Origin: an uncultured delta proteobacterium
GTDB lineage: Bacteria > Myxococcota > Myxococcia > Myxococcales > Anaeromyxobacteraceae
NCBI GenBank assembly: GCA_963828255.1
Contig: CAWHDZ010000009.1
Location: forward strand, 1-64,000
DNA: 64,000 nucleotides
Direction: 5' to 3'
Below are positions 1 to 11,471 of the stretch, piece after piece; position 1 is the first letter of the stretch; each line of letters opens with the position of its first letter. A program made the position numbers and the translations under genes. The notes under the pieces are model-generated. The model did not search any database. It was given only the letters and a program-made list of their open reading frames with translations, and had not been told where the DNA came from.

Positions 1-150
1 TGCTCCCGCCCCGCGGCGGAGGCGGGCGCGGCGGTGGCCGTGGCCGGGATCCTCCGGCTGCAGCTCATGGCCGCGTGGTACCCGCCGGCCTTCGGCTCCC
101 CCGGGCTCTGGGCGGTCCTGCCCACGCTGGGGTTCCAGCTCGGGCTCTGA
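1..150 (+). CDS. 3' end of a probable membrane protein (partial, runs off window)
   Basis: Frame 1 is open from base 1 (CSRPAAEAGAAVAVAGILRLQLMAAWYPP...FQLGL) to TGA at 148-150, with GC-rich third positions. Confidence 0.5.
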   Translation, partial: CSRPAAEAGAAVAVAGILRLQLMAAWYPPAFGSPGLWAVLPTLGFQLGL

Positions 151-157
151 CCGGGCT

Positions 158-1050
158 TCAGCGTCCGGGCGGGGCGCCCTCGCCCGGGTCGGCCCCGGCG
201 ATCCGCCCCGCGTGCGTGTACACGTTGAGCCGGTCGCCCCGGGCGAAGCCCACCAGGGCGATCCCCGCCCCCCGGGCGAGATTCACCGCTAGTGAACTTG
301 GGGCCGAGACCCCGGCCACCACCGGGACGCCCGCGGCGGCGGCCTTCTGCACGATCTCGAAGCTGGTCCGGCCGCTCACAGCGAGCAGGCGGGCCCGGGC
401 GGGTCCGGGGCGCCCGGCCAGTCCGCGGCGCAGCAGCGCCCCCACCACCTTGTCCACGGCGTTGTGGCGCCCCACGTCCTCCGCCGAGGCGAGCAGCGCG
501 CCGGCCTCGCCGAAGGCCGCGGCGGCGTGGAGGCCGCCGGTCCGCGAGAAGACCGGCTGCAGCCCGGAGAGCATGGCCATGCAGCGCAGGATCTCCGCCG
601 CCGGAAGGGCCGGGGCGTCCCCCACCGGGGAGCAGCGCGCCAGCAGCCCGTCGATGCTCCGGCGGCCGCAGACCCCGCAGGCCGACGTGGTGGTGGACCA
701 GCGCCGCCCCTCCAGGACCCGCTCCACGTCGATCCGGTGGCCGCCGGCGGAGCGCACGTCCACGACGTTGCCGTACCCCTCCTCGCCGGGGCGGCCGCAG
801 TGGGACGCCGAGCCGACGTCGCCGGCACCGTCGATCATCCCCTCCGAGAAGAGGAAGCCGAGCGCCAGGTCGGAGTCGGCGCCCGGCGTGCGCATGGTCA
901 CGGCCACCGTCTCGCCGTCCACGCGGACCTCGAGCGGTTCCTCCACCGCCACCGCGTCGGCGCAGCGCTCGGCCCGGCCACCCTCCACCCGGACCACCTC
1001 CACGTCGGTGGTGGCGCCGGCGCGCGGGTGGACGGGGGGCTCTCGTCCAC
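158..1050 (-). CDS. fdhD: Formate dehydrogenase accessory sulfurtransferase FdhD (5' end apparently frameshifted)
   Basis: Motifs AVEEPLEVRV, MRTPG.D.DLALGFL, SACGVCG, TGGLHAAA, EDVGRHNAVDK, SGRTSFEIVQKA. The natural GTG start at 1050 is out of frame by one base across a G6 run. Confidence 0.9.
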
Positions 1051-1053
1051 GGG

Positions 1054-1632
1054 CTACCCCAGGAACGGCCGGATGGCGGCCACGACGAGGGCGCTCACCC
1101 GGGCGTTCTCCCGCATCCACTCCGCGTGTGCGTCGGGCCCGACCCGGTTGGCGACGCCCAGGACCGCGGCCGCAGGGACCCCCGCCGCGGCGCAGGCCGC
1201 CAGCACCCCGGTGAGCTCCAGGTGCTCCGCCGTGGCGACCCGGGAGAGGGACCGCGCTCCCGCCTCGGTGAGGGTGACGGCGGGCGGGACGGCGACGTCG
1301 TGGGCGGGGAGCGGCAGGACCCAGGTGGCCGGCCACCGGCAAACCTCCGCCGCCGGGCGGTAGGCGCGCCCCTCCACCTCCTCGACCGAGGTGGCGATGG
1401 CCCGCGCCGCCGAGAGGACGTCGCCCACCGCGAGCCGGCCGTCGTAGGCCCCGCAGGTTCCCACGAAGAGCAGGCGGGCCGGCCGGTGCTCCCGGAGCAG
1501 GCGGGAGGTCTCCACCGCGGCGGTGATGGCCCCGATGCCGGAGGTGGCGACGACCCAGCCGGCCGGAGGCTCGCGGTCGAGCCCGGAGAGCTCGGGAGCG
1601 AACGCCGAGAGCAGGAGGGACGGGGCGCTCAT
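1054..1632 (-). CDS. Nucleoside phosphorylase family protein (MTA/SAH nucleosidase or futalosine hydrolase-like)
   Basis: SGIG..AA, LLFVGTCGAY..L.VGD, EHLE.TGV, VLGVANRVG motifs of the PNP_UDP_1 fold. Confidence 0.75.
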   Translation of the reverse strand: MSAPSLLLSAFAPELSGLDREPPAGWVVATSGIGAITAAVETSRLLREHRPARLLFVGTCGAYDGRLAVGDVLSAARAIATSVEEVEGRAYRPAAEVCRWPATWVLPLPAHDVAVPPAVTLTEAGARSLSRVATAEHLELTGVLAACAAAGVPAAAVLGVANRVGPDAHAEWMRENARVSALVVAAIRPFLG

Positions 1633-1694
1633 CCTGACCTGGGCTCATCCCACGGGAGGACGGGGGGGTGCAAGCCCGCCCCGGCGCCCGGCCG

Positions 1695-2033
1695 CTACAG
1701 GACGTCGTCACCCCGCTCCCCGGTGCGCACCCGGATCGCCTCCTCCACGGGCACGACGAAGACCTTCCCGTCACCGATGCGCCCGGTCCCCACCGCCCTC
1801 TGGAGGACGTCGAGGAGGCGCGGGACGAGGGAGCTGGGGACGACCACCTCGACCTTCAGCTTGGGGCGGAAGTCGATGGAGTACTCGGCGCCCCGGTAGA
1901 TCTCGCCGTGCCCGCGCTGCCTGCCGTAGCCCTTCACCTCGGTCACGGTCAGCCCCTCGACCCCCCACGCCGCGAACGCGTTCTTCAGGGTCTCCAGCCG
2001 TGACGGCTGGATGACGGCCTCGATCTTGGTCAC
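1695..2033 (-). CDS. glnB: P-II family nitrogen regulatory protein (GlnB/GlnK)
   Basis: 112 aa with G.GRQRGH.EIYRGAEY T-loop, TGRIGDGKVFV and RVRTGE. Confidence 0.95.
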   Translation of the reverse strand: MTKIEAVIQPSRLETLKNAFAAWGVEGLTVTEVKGYGRQRGHGEIYRGAEYSIDFRPKLKVEVVVPSSLVPRLLDVLQRAVGTGRIGDGKVFVVPVEEAIRVRTGERGDDVL

Positions 2034-2057
2034 GCCTCACCTCCGGCGGCCTTGGGC

Positions 2058-2073
2058 TGCAAGGGCCGCGCCG
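2058..2073 (-). promoter_or_regulatory. Sigma54 -24/-12 promoter upstream of the P-II gene
   Basis: Minus strand reads CGGCGCGGCCCTTGCA (GG-N10-GC with TTGCA), 25 nt upstream of the start codon. Confidence 0.6.
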
Positions 2074-2114
2074 CGTCGCCGGCATCGGGCTGCGCGATCG
2101 CGCGGCGAACCGGG

Positions 2115-2149
2115 GGCACCGGCTGCCCACTCCCCGGGCAGCCGGTGCC
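2115..2149. repeat. Perfect 14-bp inverted repeat (terminator-like hairpin or protein site)
   Basis: GGCACCGGCTGCCC-actcccc-GGGCAGCCGGTGCC between the kinase and P-II genes. Confidence 0.6.
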
Positions 2150-2204
2150 AGGATCCAGGCAGCTCCCGGCCGCAGCGCCGACGGCAGCCGGCGCCCGCCG
2201 CGGT

Positions 2205-4595
<2,391 letters not shown>

Positions 4596-4694
4596 GGTCT
4601 TCGACGATGCTCGCCCGGACCGCCCCCCGGCGGAAGTCCATGATCCACCGACGTCGGGCGGAATCTGACAGCCCCTCTTGGGGGGTCACTGGAC

Positions 4695-6464
4695 TCAGGC
4701 CACGTCGAGCCAGGTGAACCAGACCGGGTGGTTCGCCTTGTACCACTCGAGCACCCGGCGGATGGCCTCCTGCTTCTCGCGGGGCATCACCTTCTCGTCC
4801 ACCCGGTCGAAGTGCACCGTCATCCGGTCACCGTCGTGGTCGAGCGCCTGGGAGAACATGGTCTGGAGCTCGTTGCGGATGCGCCCCGAGTCGGAGATCT
4901 TCACGGCGCGCCTGGTGTGGTCCACGCCCGAGAGGAAGCGGACCAGCAGCGGGCTGAAGACGTGGCGCTGCTGCTCGAACGACTCCATGAGACGGAACGT
5001 GAAGGTGATGTATGACGAGGCGTTGCGGGTGGCCAGCCGCGTGGTGACCCGGTAGACGCCCTCCGAGACCTCCTCCACCCCCTTGGTCCCGGTGTACGGG
5101 TCGTCGCACATGTACCCGATGGCCGCCAGCACGCCCCAGTGCTTCTCGGGGAGGAAGCTGTCGGCACGGAGCACGGGCTTCCCCATGGGGACGTTGCATT
5201 TCCGGGCGTCACGGATGGCCGCGGCGTAGCCCTCCACCTCCGCATCGGTGATCTGCCGTGGGGTGGCGATGGCCCGGATGCTCGCCGCGAAGCCGGGCGC
5301 GCCAGGGTCGAGCTGCATGATCTTCGCCTCCTGGTCGCAGGGGAGATCGAAGCTCGGGGAGAAGACCGCCATGCTCGACGAGACGTCGAGGACCTCGTCG
5401 AGGCTGGAGGCCTGCATGGCCTCGGCGCTGGCCGCGTAGCCGTCGCAGAGGAAGACGTGCGGGGCGCCCGAGGCGTCCTTCCAGCTCCCGACCAGGAAGG
5501 TGGGGGCGTAGGTGCCCGAGTCGGTGAAGATCTCCAGGCCGGAGGGCGCCTTCCAGCCGTCCTCGACCAGGTGCGCGCCGGCCGCGGTCCAGGCCTCCCA
5601 GGTCTTGCCGAGCCGCTTCAGCCGGCTCTTCCCGGCCAGCGTCCAGACGTGCACGTGGTCGGGGCGGATGCCCGGGTAGGTGGCCTGGATGACCTCCATC
5701 ACCTTGGCGCGCGGCGTGCGGTAGTCGAGCAGCACCGCCAGGTCCTCGGCCTTGCGGGCCACCGCTCGCGGGACGGTGATGCACCCGGTGTACGACTCGT
5801 ACGGCCGCGAGATGGTGAGCGGCGAGTCGAAGAGGTGGAAGACCACCATGGGGCCGGTGGGCTTGCCCTCGGCGAAGCGGGAGGTGTTCTCCAGGGTGTC
5901 GACGGCCGCGCCCCAGATGGTGATGCCGCGGCTCTTCAGCCAGCCGTGGAACTGCTCGAAGGTGTGTCCAGGCTCGTTGAGGAGGCGGCGCACGCGGCGG
6001 TCCACCGTCATGGCCACCTCGGGGCGCGCGTAGACCCGGCCGAAGCCCAGCAACGGATTCGCGCCCATCTCCGGCGTCTCTCCCGCCTTGGGCATGAGCC
6101 CCTCGCCCAGGCTCACCATGATGGCGTGGTCCTCGGGCAGGGTGCGGGTCAGGTACCAGAGCCCCTCGCTCATGACGTAGGCGCTGATGGCGTCGGCGCC
6201 CTTCTTGGCCTGGTTGTAGGCGAACTTGTCCTTGCCGGCCCCGTCGCCGTACCCGCCGTAGAGCTTGGTGCCGAGCGCGGTGGCCGCTGCGGTGACCGCC
6301 AGGTTGCGGGCGATTCCACGGGGAGTGAAGGTGTGGGAGGAGACCGGCTCGGCCTGGGAGCGGTCCACGTGGACGTCGTCGAGCCAGAGGTGGAAGCGCC
6401 CCAGGACGGGGCGGGTGTCGAAGGCCCACTGGGCGATGAGATTCCGCTTTTCGATGTCGGACAT
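4695..6464 (-). CDS. Conserved hypothetical protein, distant GlpX/FBPase-II-like
   Basis: 589 aa with good codon usage; motifs KKGADA, SLGEGL, NPLLGFG, AVDTLENT. Confidence 0.7.
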   Translation of the reverse strand: MSDIEKRNLIAQWAFDTRPVLGRFHLWLDDVHVDRSQAEPVSSHTFTPRGIARNLAVTAAATALGTKLYGGYGDGAGKDKFAYNQAKKGADAISAYVMSEGLWYLTRTLPEDHAIMVSLGEGLMPKAGETPEMGANPLLGFGRVYARPEVAMTVDRRVRRLLNEPGHTFEQFHGWLKSRGITIWGAAVDTLENTSRFAEGKPTGPMVVFHLFDSPLTISRPYESYTGCITVPRAVARKAEDLAVLLDYRTPRAKVMEVIQATYPGIRPDHVHVWTLAGKSRLKRLGKTWEAWTAAGAHLVEDGWKAPSGLEIFTDSGTYAPTFLVGSWKDASGAPHVFLCDGYAASAEAMQASSLDEVLDVSSSMAVFSPSFDLPCDQEAKIMQLDPGAPGFAASIRAIATPRQITDAEVEGYAAAIRDARKCNVPMGKPVLRADSFLPEKHWGVLAAIGYMCDDPYTGTKGVEEVSEGVYRVTTRLATRNASSYITFTFRLMESFEQQRHVFSPLLVRFLSGVDHTRRAVKISDSGRIRNELQTMFSQALDHDGDRMTVHFDRVDEKVMPREKQEAIRRVLEWYKANHPVWFTWLDVA

Positions 6465-6561
6465 GGGCTCCCAGTCTAGACCAACTTTTCGTGGTAGACG
6501 CGAGTGTGCTGTGCGACCTCCAGAGCGCGGCCCGGTGGGCCACGGCCGTGGCGGCGCCGGC

Positions 6562-6996
6562 ATGGCTCGCCGCGTCACCTGCCTGGACGGGAACTGCTGG
6601 AAGCGCGACGGGTCGCCCTTCGCCCCCGGGCCGAACGGCTACGCCTTCACCGTCTCCTCGGGGTTCCTCTGCCAGGAGATCACCGACGAGCTCATCCTCA
6701 CCGGGAACCCGCGCATCCGGTACGAGACCGCTCCCTTCCTGAAGGGGATGCTGCTCTTCAACACCGCGACCTCGGTCGCCTACGGCATCGCCAACCTGGT
6801 CCGGGTCGAGCCTCCAGAGGGGGATCTGCACGGGATGGACAAGCTGCCGGGCATGCCGCACGGCCTCTTCGCGGCGCTGATCCTCGGAACGGCTGCTCTG
6901 GACGTCGCCCGGTACTTCCTCCCGGAGGTGGGCTGGCTTCCCTGGGTGAGCCGCGGGTCGAAGGTGCTGACGGTCGGGCTGGTGGTGGCATTTTGA
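6562..6996 (+). CDS. Hypothetical membrane protein, possibly 5'-truncated
   Basis: Good coding bias and hydrophobic segments (KGMLLFNTATSVAYG; LFAALILGTAALDVARY); it begins abruptly at a Cys pair. Confidence 0.6.
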   Translation: MARRVTCLDGNCWKRDGSPFAPGPNGYAFTVSSGFLCQEITDELILTGNPRIRYETAPFLKGMLLFNTATSVAYGIANLVRVEPPEGDLHGMDKLPGMPHGLFAALILGTAALDVARYFLPEVGWLPWVSRGSKVLTVGLVVAF

Positions 6997-7094
6997 CCCA
7001 GGGGCGACCCGTTCCACGCGGAGCTTTTTCCGGAATTCGACGCCGCTATCGGTCACCTTTTGGCGGGAGGAATGTCTATATCCGGCAGGGACCC

Positions 7095-7313
7095 ATGGAT
7101 ACGGCGCGCCTCGACAACGTCATCGACCTGTACCCTCGCCTCCCCAGGGCGACCTACTGCCAGGACTGTGACCCCGAGGGGGCACGCCCATTCCACGTCG
7201 CCGTCCGGGCCGATTCGCGCACGGGCGACATCCTGACGCCCTGCCCCGCCTGCGAGCGGCACGCGCTCGCCCCGCTTCCCGGTGTCGCAGGCCAGCGCAG
7301 GACCTCGCGCTGA
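7095..7313 (+). CDS. Small zinc-ribbon-like protein (72 aa)
   Basis: CQDC...CPAC pairs; RBS-like AGGGA before the ATG. Confidence 0.55.
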   Translation: MDTARLDNVIDLYPRLPRATYCQDCDPEGARPFHVAVRADSRTGDILTPCPACERHALAPLPGVAGQRRTSR

Positions 7314-7323
7314 TCCAATGCGA

Positions 7324-7352
7324 GGAGGCCGCCCCCTTTTGAGGGACGGCCT
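7324..7352. terminator. Hairpin between convergent genes
   Basis: GAGGCCG-CCCC-ctttt-GAGGG-A-CGGCCTC stem-loop. Confidence 0.45.
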
Positions 7353-7379
7353 CGCGTTCCACCAGACCTCTGGCCGGTT

Positions 7380-7688
7380 TCAGCCCTGCGACGCGCTCTT
7401 CGCCTCGGCCTTGACCGGAGTGACGGAGGTGGTCAGGACGCCGACTGCGGCGCCGGCGACCGCGCCACCGACCGCGAAGAGGGAGCCGACGCCCAGGGCG
7501 CCCATCACCATGCCGAACATGATGAGCGAGCGGACGAGGAAGGTGGGCTGCACGGGGGTCCCGAAGATCCCGCCGGCCAGCAGCACGCCCGCGTAGCCGC
7601 CGTAGAGCAGGGCCGGGAGGAGCGCGATGGCGAGGAAGAGGGCCAGGCCGACTGCGGCGCCGATGATGCTGGGGGTCTTGCGGTTCAT
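7380..7688 (-). CDS. Small Gly-rich membrane protein, family A copy 1
   Basis: MNRKTPSIIGAAVGLALFLAIALLPALLYGGYAG...; near-identical paralog at 51227..51529; GGAG RBS. Confidence 0.85.
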   Translation of the reverse strand: MNRKTPSIIGAAVGLALFLAIALLPALLYGGYAGVLLAGGIFGTPVQPTFLVRSLIMFGMVMGALGVGSLFAVGGAVAGAAVGVLTTSVTPVKAEAKSASQG

Positions 7689-7738
7689 GGTGTTCTCCGT
7701 GGGTTCGTCCGTTTGGGTTGATGGACGAGGGGAGCGAC

Positions 7739-7812
7739 TGCACCCGGCTTGCCAGGTGGGCGACGACGTGATTCCGGGGGGTTGCGGGTGTGGGATGTCG
7801 GGGATTCCAGAC
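7739..7812 (-). promoter_or_regulatory. Sigma54 promoter plus conserved upstream boxes
   Basis: TGGCAAGCCGGGTGCA (GG-N10-GC); the box TGTCGGGGATTCCAGAC is identical at 51634. Confidence 0.75.
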
Positions 7813-7840
7813 TTGCCGTCGGAAGACGGCGAGCCATCCC

Positions 7841-9991
7841 CTAGCGAGGGTCCGCGCGCGGCTCGACCGCGACGACCGACGACGCGGTCCTCCCCTCGCA
7901 TCGTGCGGTGAGGGTCACCTCGCCCTTGCGGATCCCGAGCACGGCGCCGTTGGCGTCCACTGTCGCGATCCCCGGATCGCTCGACTCCCACCGGATGACC
8001 CGGCCGGAGAGCCGGTTGCCGCGCGCGTCGCGGAGGTCGACCCGGGCCTTGGCGGCGTGCGGGCTGCTCGCCGCGGGCTGGATGACCTCCACGGCCATGC
8101 TCGCGACCGCGGCACCCCGGAAGACGCGCAGGTCGGTCCAGGCCCCGTTGACCGGGCCCCCGCCGTGCAGGGATCCGAGCATCACCTGGCCGCCGGTGGG
8201 ATCGCACGGTCCGGTGCCGGTGTGGATCTCCTCCCCGTCGAGCAGCACCCGGAGCCAGCACTGCGCCCGGGAGCCCTCGATGCGCAGGGTTCGCCACCTG
8301 CCGGTGATGGGGGCCGCCATCGGCCCTGTGCTGGTGACATCCGCCGTGGTCCATCCCTCGGGGACCCCGTAGAAGTAGACGGGCGATCTGCCGGGCTGCT
8401 GGTCCAGCGTGATCCCCCGGCCGTGGACCAGGTCTGCCGGGTCCTTCGTCCCGGGCGAGGTGAACACGACGAGGGACACCGCCCGCCCCGAGTCGACGAC
8501 GGGGGGAAGGTGGAAGCTCGCCTGGATGGCGAAGGCGTCGGTCTCCTCCGGCAGGGCGAGCGGAACGAAGAGCATCGACCAGTCGGAGGTCTGGTACCAG
8601 GCCGCCCGGCCGTACACGCTCGCCATCCCCTGCCCGCCGAGCGCCCCGTTCCGCGTCACGGACCCCGCCGGAGGAGGGGCCAGGCTGCTCGCCTGGACCA
8701 GTTCCCATTCAGGTCCGCTCACCACCACCGTGGCCGACCCGGAGACCTCGCCCGACGTCGCCGTGACGAGGGTCGTCCCCGCCGCACGCCCGGTCACGCG
8801 CCCGGAGGCGTCGACCGCGGCGATGGCCTCGTCCCCCGATGCCCAAACAACCGCCGAGCCCTCGACGACGGCTCCCGAGGCGTCCCTCAGCGACACGCTC
8901 GCCTGGACCGAGGAATCCACCCCGATCACCGGCTCCGGAACCCGGACGGAGATGGCGACCGCCGCCCCGCGGGCCCGCCCCCATCGGTTCCACGCCGCAC
9001 GGCCGGCCACGGCCATGGTCACTGCCACGGCGGCGACCAGCACCACGGGCGCGGCGACGCGCAGGATGCTGCGCCTCCTCCTGGAGGGGCCCGCCTCTCC
9101 GTCCTCGTCCCCGCTCCCGATCCCCTGGAGTGCCTCGAGCGCCTGCAGTACCTCACCCGCCGATGCGGGTCGCCCGGCCGGATCGTCGGCCAGCATCTGC
9201 ACGAGGAGCCTCGAGAGGCCGGGCGGATCCGGTACCGGGAGCGCGTTCGCCTCCTCCCCGACCGGCGGCCTTCGCCCGGAGAGCATCCGGTACAGGATCA
9301 CCCCCAGTGAATGGACGTCGGAGCGGGCGTCCTCCGGCTGCCCCCGGAGCCTCTCCGGCGACATGTACCCGGGCGTGCCGCCCCGGGGGGCGTCCCTCCC
9401 GAGGATCTGGGCGATGCCCAGGTCGAGGATCTTCACCCCTCCTCCCTCGCAGAGGAAGACGTTGCCCGGGGTGAGATCCCGGTGCACGACGCCGCGGGCG
9501 TGGGCGTGGGCCAGGCCGCGGGCGATCTCGGCGACGAGGCGCAGGGCCTCGCGGGGCGTCAGCGGGCCTCGCTCCAGCCGCCGGGAGAGGGGCTCGCCCT
9601 GCAGGAACTCCATCACCAGGAAGGGGCCGTGCGCGCTGCGCCCCACGTCGTGGAGGGTCACGATGCTGGGGTGGGAGAGGTGGGCCGCGGTCTCCGCCTC
9701 GGCGAGCGCGCGCTCGTCGGCGGTCGAGGGACTGGAGCCGTGGATGGCCTTGAACGCCACCTTTCGCTTGAGCTCGGTGTCGCGCGCCTCCCAGACCGAT
9801 CCGAAGCCGCCCCTCCCGATCTCGCGGACGAGCTCGAACCGGCCGATGCGGGCACCCTCCGCGAGCACTCCGTCCCAGGTGGACCGGAGCGGATCGTCGC
9901 CCGCGAAGACCTCCCGCATGAGCCCGGTCAGCGTGCCCTCGGGGGCGGTCGGGCTCGGGCCCGGATCGGGTGTCTGCTGGCGGTGGGACAT
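7841..9991 (-). CDS. Membrane Ser/Thr protein kinase with extracellular Ig-like (Big_2) domains
   Basis: IGRGGFG.V, VAFK, HRDLTP.N, DLG, GTPGYMSPE; one TM helix; two W.S.D..IA.VDA.G.V.G Big_2 repeats. Confidence 0.92.
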   Translation of the reverse strand: MSHRQQTPDPGPSPTAPEGTLTGLMREVFAGDDPLRSTWDGVLAEGARIGRFELVREIGRGGFGSVWEARDTELKRKVAFKAIHGSSPSTADERALAEAETAAHLSHPSIVTLHDVGRSAHGPFLVMEFLQGEPLSRRLERGPLTPREALRLVAEIARGLAHAHARGVVHRDLTPGNVFLCEGGGVKILDLGIAQILGRDAPRGGTPGYMSPERLRGQPEDARSDVHSLGVILYRMLSGRRPPVGEEANALPVPDPPGLSRLLVQMLADDPAGRPASAGEVLQALEALQGIGSGDEDGEAGPSRRRRSILRVAAPVVLVAAVAVTMAVAGRAAWNRWGRARGAAVAISVRVPEPVIGVDSSVQASVSLRDASGAVVEGSAVVWASGDEAIAAVDASGRVTGRAAGTTLVTATSGEVSGSATVVVSGPEWELVQASSLAPPPAGSVTRNGALGGQGMASVYGRAAWYQTSDWSMLFVPLALPEETDAFAIQASFHLPPVVDSGRAVSLVVFTSPGTKDPADLVHGRGITLDQQPGRSPVYFYGVPEGWTTADVTSTGPMAAPITGRWRTLRIEGSRAQCWLRVLLDGEEIHTGTGPCDPTGGQVMLGSLHGGGPVNGAWTDLRVFRGAAVASMAVEVIQPAASSPHAAKARVDLRDARGNRLSGRVIRWESSDPGIATVDANGAVLGIRKGEVTLTARCEGRTASSVVAVEPRADPR

Positions 9992-10087
9992 GGGCTGGCG
10001 TGCGGTCCAGCCCAGTCTAGTGAACCCACGGACACCGGGCGAGGGGTGGGCTTCACCCCAGGCCACGCCCGCGGGCGCTCGATCGCG

Positions 10088-10721
10088 TCAGGGAGGCCGC
10101 GGGTGCAGCAGGAGATCGAACTCGATGCGCAGTTCGTCGTCGACGCCGATCGTGCCCATGGCTGGAGGGAGTCATCCCGAAGTCGGTCTGGCGGAGCAGG
10201 ACGGTCCCGCGGGCGTGGAAGCCGGCCCCGCTCGCGGTCAGCCGGAAGGCGACGGGGAGCGGCCGGGTCTCGCCGCGGAGCGTGACCTCCGCGCGCAGTT
10301 CCCCTTCCCGCTCCTCCTCTCCACGGGGCGGTGAAGCCAGCACGCCGGCGGCGCGGCCGCGGATCTCCGGGAACTTCCCGTCGAGCACCTCGGGCCCCGC
10401 GACCTCGCGGCCGATGAGCGCGCGGCTCGCCTCTCCCAGCCGTGTCGCGGTCTCGCGCAGGGACGAGGCGTCCACGACGATCCAAAGGTCGAAGGCGCCG
10501 GACCCTTCCAGGTCCCAGCCGACGTCGGCACGCCAACGTTCCGCCAGGAGGCGGTGGTCGTGGGCGAGGCCGGAGAGGAGCCCCGCCTTCACGGCGTGGA
10601 CGACGATGTGGCCCGAGGAGGCGTCGGCGGTGAACGGCCCGGCGGCGCCCGGTCGCGGCAGGAGCGCCAGGAAGGCGGCGGCGAGCAAGGCTCGCGGTGC
10701 GGGACGGCGTCTGGGGCCCAT
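10088..10721 (-). pseudogene. YceI-family periplasmic protein, frameshifted near the C-terminus
   Basis: Signal peptide, VKAGLLSGLAHDH, KFPEI, TLRGETR, LRQTDFGMTP; the natural end MGTIGVDDELRIEFDLLL lies in another frame. Confidence 0.75.
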
Positions 10722-10814
10722 CGTCCCTGTGACACCGGGGGGGGCCCGGGCCGTGCCAACGAAGCGTCCGCGGCGCGGACCATCGGGCAGATGGGGCGTG
10801 TACGAACGCCCCTA

Positions 10815-10820
10815 TTGACA
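10815..10820 (+). promoter_or_regulatory. Sigma70 -35 hexamer upstream of the HNH gene
   Basis: Perfect TTGACA about 190 nt upstream of ATG 11007; weak -10. Confidence 0.4.
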
Positions 10821-11471
10821 AGCCTTTCCTGAGATTCGCTTCCCGTGGAGCGGTGGCCGAAGGAGTGCTCCTGTCGCTGCGCAGGAGCCTCGTCCGCGTG
10901 ACTTCGCCGCGTCTGGCGAGGTTCCAGATCTCCGCGCCGGAATTCGCGCCAGCGGCCGTCCTCGTACGTCTGGGGAGGGCCGAAAATCGCATGAGACAGT
11001 GGATCCATGAACGACACGAACCTCGCCGTAGCGCGCGCATCCTCCCGCCATCTGGCCGACCTGCTCCGCCGCGAGCACGTCGCCCTCGCAGACTTCCTCG
11101 TCGCCCTCTCGGAGTTCGACCGGATGGGGGCGTACCGGAGGCTCGGGTTCGCGAACCTCTTCGAATACTTGCTCCGGGAGTTGAAGGTGTCCCGGGGAGC
11201 GGCCCACTACCGGAAGGTGGCGGCCCGGCTCGTCGCCCGGTTCCCCGAGATCGTGGAACCGCTGCGGGACGGGCGGTTGTGCCTGAGCAGCATCGTCCAG
11301 CTGGCGAAGGTCATGACCGAGGCGAACCGGGCCGAGGTGCTGCCGAAGTTCTTCCACTGCTCGAAGCAGGTGGCGGTGGAGATCATGCCGGCGGCGGTGG
11401 TGCCGAGGAGGACGGTCGTCACCGAGATCCCGCCCCCAGTGAAATCAGCGACCTTCCCAGTTCATCCGGCT

